A stretch of DNA of 64,000 nucleotides, taken from Candidatus Uhrbacteria bacterium (GTDB lineage: Bacteria; Patescibacteriota; Patescibacteriia; UBA9934; GWF2-40-263). The notes beneath the pieces were generated by a model, which saw only the letters and a list, made by a program, of their open reading frames with translations, was not told the DNA's origin and did no database searches. Made by a program: the position numbers and the translations under genes. This document shows positions 57,660 to 64,000 of the stretch, piece by piece. Each line of letters begins with the position of its first letter. Within the stretch, counting starts at the first letter, position 1. The DNA lies in contig JAHFIQ010000003.1 of NCBI GenBank assembly GCA_023246355.1, positions 85,018-149,017 on the forward strand. The letters run 5' to 3'.

Positions 57660-58610
57660 CTACTCGCGACGGATGACGTTGACGTCGAACCCGAAGATGT
57701 CTCGTTCTCCTCGTGTGGCAGCGATGCCATCCTCGTCTGCAACCGCCGTCACGCAGTGCCACAAAGGGCTGCCCTTGTCTGCGTGGAAAATGCCCAGACC
57801 TGGGGTAAGTGTGAGATCCAGCAAGTGCGTCTGCTTGTCGGCTCCGGTGATGTAGCTCACTCCACCGACCACTCCTTCTCGCACCACAACGAGTGCTGAG
57901 ACGATGTAGTCGGCGCCGTCTTGATGCAATCCCTCAGGCGCATTGCTGCGCGCTTCACCAGGTCGAGCCAGAAGCCCCATCTGATGAAACGTGATCTCGA
58001 GGTCTTGAATGACGCGGCCTTGATCCCCCTCGGCATCCTCGGTCATCTCAGCAACAGCGATGACGAGACGATGAAACTCGACATGCTCCACCAGCTCGGC
58101 AGCCGTGGGATCGAAGATGCGTTCGATCGTGCGAGGATCGCTTCCACCCACCTCTTGGGTAAACCCGTGACACTCGGTTCTGACCACATGCCACTGCGCA
58201 TCCCAGTTTCCCGTCGCCCGGTTGGTGAGATGAAATCTCGCGATCGACCGTCGTCGATAGGAACGAATCCGCTCGAAGCGAATCTGATCCTGCGTTGGCA
58301 GTCGACGGAAGTACGGAATGAGGTCAATGACGTTTCCCTCCTGTGCAAAGTAGCTGGGGAGGAAACGGTCAAACCACGGCGCGTCAGCAGGAAAACGTTC
58401 CCGAAGAAACGCGACCTGCTCACGTTTCACATCATAGAGATCCCACGAAAGCCTTTGAAAGCTTGGCGCGAGATCTCGGAGAAACCGCTCAGGGTGAACC
58501 CCGATGCCTTCCAGGTTGAACACGCGAATGGGATGTGTGATCACCACGCCGCGTGCTCTTGCAATCTCTTCCTCTGTCAGCACGTACCTGATCCCAGATT
58601 GGCGTTCCAT
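57660..58610 (-). CDS. 2OG-Fe(II) dioxygenase family protein
   Basis: NAPEGLHQDG (HxD), LWHCVT (distal His), RDIF (2OG-binding Arg); AGGAGG SD before ATG 58610. Confidence 0.88.
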   Translation of the reverse strand: MERQSGIRYVLTEEEIARARGVVITHPIRVFNLEGIGVHPERFLRDLAPSFQRLSWDLYDVKREQVAFLRERFPADAPWFDRFLPSYFAQEGNVIDLIPYFRRLPTQDQIRFERIRSYRRRSIARFHLTNRATGNWDAQWHVVRTECHGFTQEVGGSDPRTIERIFDPTAAELVEHVEFHRLVIAVAEMTEDAEGDQGRVIQDLEITFHQMGLLARPGEARSNAPEGLHQDGADYIVSALVVVREGVVGGVSYITGADKQTHLLDLTLTPGLGIFHADKGSPLWHCVTAVADEDGIAATRGERDIFGFDVNVIRRE

Positions 58611-58618
58611 GATTCCTC

Positions 58619-60481
58619 CTACCTCGGCGCGCGGCCATCGAGTTCCATCTGGCGGATCTCGGCCATCCATTTCACCTTGAGGGCTTTGGCCTCTGCCTTG
58701 GTCATCTCAGTACCTCCTGGCAGCAAGGCCTTCACCGTACAGTTCACCAGCGCCTGAAGCGTCTGGTAGCGACGAGTGTCCTCGATGTCAGAAGGAAGTC
58801 GGTCTTCTATGAGTCCGATCACCTCTTCCACCGTGAGCCCGTCTTCGTCGGCGGCGGCAGTGAGATCCGCACGCAGCGAACCGAAGTCGGCTGCTGAGTA
58901 TCCTTCCGTGGCCGCACACAGCGCTTTCCACGGCTCCCCATGCATGGCGATCTCCGGGAGAACCGGCTTGATCGCCCACAGGATGAATGCATCCCGATCT
59001 GCGCCTACCGCATCCAGCACAGGAATGATGAGATCACCGGCGCGTCCAGGTCGCCGCATGTCTGGCGACAAGTCCTGGATCCGTGCCGTCATGAGGCACC
59101 ACACGACTTTTCCACGCAGCTTGGGATCGCTCATCCACTTCTGGAATTCACCGGTGAGCCGACGTTCGGTCTCGTGGGTATCAGCACCAACGCCACCAAA
59201 CACCGTGTCAGCTTCGTCCACAAACGGCATGGCACGATCGAGACTCGTGAGAACCCGGTACAAACGCTCCAGCATGATGTCGGTTTCCCCGAACCACTTG
59301 CTGCGAAGGTTGCCCAGCTCCAGCACGACCATTCCCAGTTCAGCCGCGAACGCCTCGAAGATGAAGCTCTTGCCACCGCCGATGGGACCTGAGACCCCGA
59401 AACCTGAGATCGCCTTTTTTCCTCCCGCCTTGATGCGCGGGAGAATTTTCGTGGTCAAAAACACGACCAAATCCGTTGCCCCAACCACATCCTTCAGTCG
59501 ATGCGCCGGCTTCTTGAACTTCACGACGCCTTCGCCCAACTGCGAGATGATGTAGGCCTCCACACGAGAGAGCACATGAGAAGGATCGAGGATCTGACCG
59601 TCGTAGACGTTGCCCATCAACATCTGCCGCAGAGCATGGATCGTGAGACCCGCAGAGAGCTCCGAGAGTTCTGCCTGTGTCCCCCAAAGCTTGATCTTGT
59701 TTCCTTCCTCCTGGTTACGGTTGAACCAGGTGATGAAGTGGCTTCGCGCTTCGGTGTTGGGACTGGGAATCGCCACACGCAAGACTTGCGGCAGCTTGAC
59801 CACGCGATGATTCACGCTTGCAGCTGACTCGGCGATCAAGACCACGGAGTCCTGTGCATGGAGAAACTCCGGATCCGAGAACCAGCTTTGGCAGATCATC
59901 ACTCGATGACGATCCGCCTCGTTGAGACTCGTGATCTGTCCTTCAGGAATGATCGTGTCCGCGCGCTCGATCAGAATCACCAGTCGCCTGCCATACAAGG
60001 CATCGCCCTGCACGGCCGCACGAGAAACCTTGCACATCTCGGCAAGCAGGGTGAGAGCCACCGCAGGTTTGCCCATTACGCGGGTGAGGTACTCGTCGAA
60101 TTCTGGTCCGGACGCCGCGAGCTTCTTGGCCTCTTCGCCGTGAGAGAGCATGCGCCGAATCGCCAGATCATCCGCGGATAGCCCGGTCTGCTGCTTCACC
60201 CAATCAGTCCTCATGGCCTCACGGTCGCTTTCGCGAGCAAATCGGATGGGACCATTGAGACTATAGGTCAGAAGCACCACACTCTCGGGCTTCCCCCAAT
60301 GCGCCCTGAGATTGTCGGCGATTGGGACGTAGCGCCCGAACTCGCTGTCTTGAGACAGGGTGGGTGGAAGCCAGAACAGGTCCTCGACATTGCCGGTGAG
60401 CACAATCGTGCGGGCAGAACCCGCATTCAAGATGTCCGCCGCCTCGCGACGCCAGGGGTATTCCAGATGGGGAATGGACAT
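58619..60481 (-). CDS. AAA+ ATPase (classical clade, Ycf46/SpoVK/Vps4-like) with a degenerate N-terminal AAA-like domain
   Basis: GPIGGGKS, LRSKWFGET pore loop, FVDEAD, MRRPGR Arg fingers, TEGYSAAD; GGAGG SD before ATG 60481. Confidence 0.88.
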   Translation of the reverse strand: MSIPHLEYPWRREAADILNAGSARTIVLTGNVEDLFWLPPTLSQDSEFGRYVPIADNLRAHWGKPESVVLLTYSLNGPIRFARESDREAMRTDWVKQQTGLSADDLAIRRMLSHGEEAKKLAASGPEFDEYLTRVMGKPAVALTLLAEMCKVSRAAVQGDALYGRRLVILIERADTIIPEGQITSLNEADRHRVMICQSWFSDPEFLHAQDSVVLIAESAASVNHRVVKLPQVLRVAIPSPNTEARSHFITWFNRNQEEGNKIKLWGTQAELSELSAGLTIHALRQMLMGNVYDGQILDPSHVLSRVEAYIISQLGEGVVKFKKPAHRLKDVVGATDLVVFLTTKILPRIKAGGKKAISGFGVSGPIGGGKSFIFEAFAAELGMVVLELGNLRSKWFGETDIMLERLYRVLTSLDRAMPFVDEADTVFGGVGADTHETERRLTGEFQKWMSDPKLRGKVVWCLMTARIQDLSPDMRRPGRAGDLIIPVLDAVGADRDAFILWAIKPVLPEIAMHGEPWKALCAATEGYSAADFGSLRADLTAAADEDGLTVEEVIGLIEDRLPSDIEDTRRYQTLQALVNCTVKALLPGGTEMTKAEAKALKVKWMAEIRQMELDGRAPR

Positions 60482-60500
60482 GAATCCTCCAGAGAACTTG

Positions 60501-60556
60501 TCTTCGGACGACGAATCATTCGTCGTCCAGAGAAAAGGGTCGATGTGAAATCGACC
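60501..60556 (-). ncRNA. Candidate cis-regulatory two-hairpin RNA motif, copy 1
   Basis: Minus strand GGTCGA-loop-TCGACC CTTTTCTCT GGACGACGAA-TGA-TTCGTCGTCC GAAGA. Confidence 0.55.
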
Positions 60557-60579
60557 GGTGAGCGACACGGGATCCGTGT

Positions 60580-61527
60580 CTATGAGCGAGGGGCGAGAAC
60601 CCCCTCGGCTTGGCCTTGTGCAACCGTTTCCCAGAACGTGCGGTGTTCATGGGGATCGAGATCCCGCCCATCGAAGACGATCTCGTAGAGCTCCTCAGCT
60701 TGGTGCGTGATGCGACCGTTCCTGATCGGATCAGACGCGTGGAAGACGGGCGCGGCCTTGTCGTAGACCACACGCGCTCCTCGACCATCTCGTCCCTTCC
60801 AATGCTTGGAAAGGCCGATCACACGATCGCCGACATGCACAGCTTCTTCCAATTGATGGGTGACCATGATGACCGTGTGCGGAGGTTCCCCTCCTTCCTG
60901 AACAGCCTTCATGTTTTCGTCATAGAGATCCAGCAAGACCCGACGTGCGTCGTGGCGCGTTTCCTCGTCGAGGGCTCCGAAGGGCTCATCCAGAAGCAGA
61001 ATCTCCGGCTGCATGATGAGTGCCCTGGCAATCGCGACACGTTGCCGCTGACCACCAGAGAGCTGATGGGGAAACTTGTGCGTATGGCCTGCAAGACCAA
61101 GGCGCGCAAGCATCGCTTCACTTGCTTCCAGTTGTGCTTTGCGTGCCCGACGCCAGGAGCCGGTGATCGATCCCACCAGCCTTGCGGGAATGGTTGTGCT
61201 CCCCAGCATGAGGCCCAGAGCCACATTGTGAAGCGCACTCAGATGCGGGTACAGCGAGTACTCCTGGTACACCATGCCGCGGTCCGGTCCATGGCCCTGC
61301 ACCTCGTAGCTCTCTCCGGCTCGCGTGAGTAGGATTCTCCCGGACGTGGGTTCATGCGTCCCAACGATCATGTTGAGCAGCGTGGACTTTCCACAGCCGG
61401 AGGAGCCGACCATGGCCACGATCTGACCGCGAGCGATCTTCACGTTGATGCCGGTGAGCACCTGCGTGGCTCCAAATGCCTTGTGAACATCCACACAATC
61501 CAGGGCGACCTGGTAGCGAGCTTCCAT
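60580..61527 (-). CDS. NitT/TauT-type ABC transporter ATP-binding subunit
   Basis: GSSGCGKST, LSGGQRQR, LLDEPFGALD, VTH; TGATG overlap with the permease. Confidence 0.95.
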   Translation of the reverse strand: MEARYQVALDCVDVHKAFGATQVLTGINVKIARGQIVAMVGSSGCGKSTLLNMIVGTHEPTSGRILLTRAGESYEVQGHGPDRGMVYQEYSLYPHLSALHNVALGLMLGSTTIPARLVGSITGSWRRARKAQLEASEAMLARLGLAGHTHKFPHQLSGGQRQRVAIARALIMQPEILLLDEPFGALDEETRHDARRVLLDLYDENMKAVQEGGEPPHTVIMVTHQLEEAVHVGDRVIGLSKHWKGRDGRGARVVYDKAAPVFHASDPIRNGRITHQAEELYEIVFDGRDLDPHEHRTFWETVAQGQAEGVLAPRS

Positions 61528-62366
61528 CACTGTCCCTCCCGGACATACCAGGGGCAGAGCAGCCGCTGGACTTGGTTGAAAAACACTTGGATCCCGATTC
61601 CCATGAACCCGAGGGCCATGAGATACGGAATCACCACGTCCATGCGAGCCGATCGGTACAGACGCAGGAAGCGATAGCCATAGCCCGCCTGTCCTGCAAC
61701 CCATTCGGTTGCGACCAGCAAGATGAGGGCCAGCCCCACACTTGCTCGAATGGCATCGATGATCTGGGGAAGCACCTGCCAAAACAGGATGCTCCAGACA
61801 ATCTCTTGGTTGCTGGCGCCAAGCGTCTTGGCACTGAAGATGTGTTCGTCGTGCACTTCGCGCACCGCGGCGTAGACCCTGCCGGCAATCACTGGCAAAA
61901 TCCCGAACACGATGACCGCGGCAAACATCTTGAACTCGAACCCGAACAGGGTGATGAACACGACCATGGCGACATTGGGAACGATGTTCTCCTCGAAGTT
62001 GAGAAGGCGTCCCCACATGCTTTCGGCCGCGACATAGGTTCCCATGTAGAGCCCCAGCACCACTCCCAGAACACTGGCGATCCCGATCGCTGGCACGAGC
62101 CGGGCGTAGGAATCGATCGTGTCCTTCAAGAGGACATAGTCACCGCTCTTGGGATCCTTCCACATCTCGCCCACGCCGTGGAACAACTTGCCCCACGTCG
62201 GAATCAGCGTGTTGTCGCCCAGGTAGGCCAGAGCCGTGTAGGCGGTAAGGATGAGGAGAATCGCCAGGGCGAAGTAGCAACGAGAGAGCCAGGCAGGCAG
62301 ACTCTCGCGCATGGTGAAGGTGGCGCGAATGTAGTCACGCCAAGAGCGCGTACGAATCTGGTCCAT
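61527..62366 (-). CDS. NitT/TauT-type ABC transporter permease
   Basis: About 6 TM segments; SAKTLGAS EAA-like loop, LPQIIDAIR. Confidence 0.92.
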   Translation of the reverse strand: MDQIRTRSWRDYIRATFTMRESLPAWLSRCYFALAILLILTAYTALAYLGDNTLIPTWGKLFHGVGEMWKDPKSGDYVLLKDTIDSYARLVPAIGIASVLGVVLGLYMGTYVAAESMWGRLLNFEENIVPNVAMVVFITLFGFEFKMFAAVIVFGILPVIAGRVYAAVREVHDEHIFSAKTLGASNQEIVWSILFWQVLPQIIDAIRASVGLALILLVATEWVAGQAGYGYRFLRLYRSARMDVVIPYLMALGFMGIGIQVFFNQVQRLLCPWYVREGQ

Positions 62367-62390
62367 GGTGGACTCCGTGGAAAAAACGTC

Positions 62391-62462
62391 TCTTCGGATG
62401 ACGACCATCGTCATCCAGAGAAAAGGGTCGACGCACCTGGCTTCAAGAGCCAGGGGTCGACC
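62391..62462 (-). ncRNA. Candidate cis-regulatory two-hairpin RNA motif, copy 2
   Basis: Minus strand GGTCGA-(long arm)-TCGACC CTTTTCTCT GGATGACGA-TGG-TCGTCATCC GAAGA. Confidence 0.55.
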
Positions 62463-62471
62463 TGAGTGCGG

Positions 62472-63653
62472 CTAGCGCACGAGCGACGTGTCGAAGCGCA
62501 GCAGCGCGGTGGGAGCGGACTCCTTCGTGCCCCAGGCCATGGGGATCGCGTCCACGGAATCCACGAGCTTGTGGACGACCGAGAACTCCTGCACGAGCGG
62601 CATGTTGGCGCGGAACGTCGGCGAGTCCAGCACATCCGCGTCGTTGGGACCCATCATGTGGGTCAGCTCCATGGAGCGGCCGATTGCGCCGTTGTCCAGG
62701 TCGTTGAACTGCGGGCTGATGGCCCGGTAGGTCTGTGCCTGCTGCGAGGGATCCCGACTGCGAGCGGTCATGCTCTGCATGGCCAGCCCCAGGACCCGCA
62801 CACCTTCACGTCCGCCGGCTCGATCGAGCGCCTTCTGGCCCACCACCAACATGTCGGTGATCTCGTAGTCCTGGAGCATCGAGCTGTTGAACAGGTCGCG
62901 CACATCGTCGGCTTTGTCCTCGTTGCCGTTTCGGGTATCCAGGACCGTGAAGGTCTCCGGACTCCATCCACCGAAGGCGCGCAGCGCCGGATCTTGGCGA
63001 CCCGCGAACTGCGTGGAACCCACGACCGGGTCGAGGTTCACGAACGTGTAGTCGGATCCGTAGCGGCCGGCCACGTTGTTCACGGTGCAGGCACGCCAGT
63101 ACAGGTACTGGGTGACCGAGAACTCGGCGCCGTGCACGGGCACGCCCGCGAGGTCTGCCCAGGTTGCGATCTCATCTTCCACGAGGATCTTGTCCGCGCC
63201 GTCCGACCAGGAGGTCGGAAACACGGCCACGGTTGCGTCCCCGCTGCTCTTCTTGCGCTCACCGGCAACCGCGAAGGCGTCGGTGTTGGTGATGAGCAGC
63301 GCGTCCACGGTCCCGGCGCCGTACACGCCGAAGGACTGCACGTAGTCCATGCGCTGGAGCACGACATCCACGCCGTTGTCCCGTTCGAACTGGCCCTGCC
63401 AGCCCTGCCGGTTGTCGATGTAGCCGAAGGCCTCGGCACTCGCCAGAGCCGACCACGAGGTGTAGGGCGACCAGGCGAGCGTGAAGACCGGCGTCCCTGC
63501 GGGCGCTTCGGTCTTCTGCGCGAGAGGATTGGCCGCGCTGCTGGGCTGAACGGTCACCTCCGGAGGGGAACCGATTCCGTCACTGGGACCCGAATTGCGG
63601 TTGTCCTGGCTGGCGCAGGCGATGAGCATGATGAGAGGAACGAGGGGAAGCAT
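62472..63653 (-). CDS. ABC transporter substrate-binding lipoprotein (NitT/TauT type, resembling urea-carboxylase-associated SBPs)
   Basis: LIAC lipobox; FTLAWSPYTSW, DYVQS, TNTDA, SWSDGAD, FSVTQYL. Confidence 0.85.
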   Translation of the reverse strand: MLPLVPLIMLIACASQDNRNSGPSDGIGSPPEVTVQPSSAANPLAQKTEAPAGTPVFTLAWSPYTSWSALASAEAFGYIDNRQGWQGQFERDNGVDVVLQRMDYVQSFGVYGAGTVDALLITNTDAFAVAGERKKSSGDATVAVFPTSWSDGADKILVEDEIATWADLAGVPVHGAEFSVTQYLYWRACTVNNVAGRYGSDYTFVNLDPVVGSTQFAGRQDPALRAFGGWSPETFTVLDTRNGNEDKADDVRDLFNSSMLQDYEITDMLVVGQKALDRAGGREGVRVLGLAMQSMTARSRDPSQQAQTYRAISPQFNDLDNGAIGRSMELTHMMGPNDADVLDSPTFRANMPLVQEFSVVHKLVDSVDAIPMAWGTKESAPTALLRFDTSLVR

Positions 63654-63775
63654 CTGACGTCTCCGTGTTGAACGGCTCGCAAGCGAGCCTTGGGTGATCA
63701 CTCTTTCCGGGTTTCCCCGGTCAGGGTGGTGAAAAGTCACGTCGGTATGATCGACGTGACAGCTTGTGCGAAGCG

Positions 63776-64000
63776 CTAGCTCAGCTTCTCTGCAGCGGCC
63801 GCCGGCGCATCCGGTACCCTGGTCTTGGTCTCGACCTGCTCGGCCAGGCCCAAGAGCGCCGCGAACTCGATGGACGCTTGGGCTTCGTGAGCAGAGGCGA
63901 GGTACTGCGACTCGCTGACAGCCGCATCCGTTCCCGCGAGCTCGGAGGAGACACGCGCTTCGGCTTCGGCCTGACCCACGACCTCGCGAATCGAGGAGAG
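63776..64000 (-). CDS. C-terminal part of a helical, possibly PspA/IM30-like protein (5' end outside the window)
   Basis: Frame open to the edge: LSSIREVVGQAEAEARVSSELAGTD...EAQASIEFAALLGL; Ala/Glu-rich helical character. Confidence 0.5.
   Translation of the reverse strand, partial: LSSIREVVGQAEAEARVSSELAGTDAAVSESQYLASAHEAQASIEFAALLGLAEQVETKTRVPDAPAAAAEKLS

Noticed and set aside
61476-63671. Long plus-strand ORFs 61476..62465 and 62466..63671
   Set aside because: They are antisense shadows of GC-rich genes and show no motifs.
63654-63775. Guanidine riboswitch upstream of the urea-carboxylase-type SBP
   Set aside because: I could not match a guanidine-I, -II or -III consensus; the ACGA tetramers in the spacer motifs lie in stems, not loops.

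Overview
64 kb of a bacterial chromosome that looks like Patescibacteria/CPR, probably Uhrbacteria-like. This placement is an inference from the GxGC lipoboxes, the VirD4-like ATPase/membrane-protein pair, and host genes with little or no leader and no Shine-Dalgarno site. Most of the window is housekeeping: mnmA, secDF, secA, hpf, murB/C/F, glyA, folD, dnaB, ybaB-recR, rplU, tgt, a CIRCE-controlled hrcA-grpE-dnaK-ybaK-(four-helix bundle)-dnaJ operon, a PBP and tRNA-Glu. Five things stand out. (1) A GC-rich minus-strand operon at the right end encodes a PspA/coiled-coil-like protein (partial), a NitT/TauT-type ABC transporter, an AAA+ ATPase and a 2OG-Fe(II) dioxygenase, and its intergenic spacers carry a repeated, covarying two-hairpin RNA-like motif. 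(2) Four copies of a ~128-bp highly structured element with terminal inverted repeats and compensatory substitutions. (3) Several families of short repeats and palindromes that sit both between genes and in-frame inside core genes. (4) A tRNA-Glu whose 3' end recurs twice downstream, once inverted and once direct. (5) An orphan kinase-like/zincin gene trio and degenerate PP2C proteins. No CRISPR array, rRNA, integrase, transposase or reverse transcriptase was seen. All calls come from reading the sequence; no searches were run.
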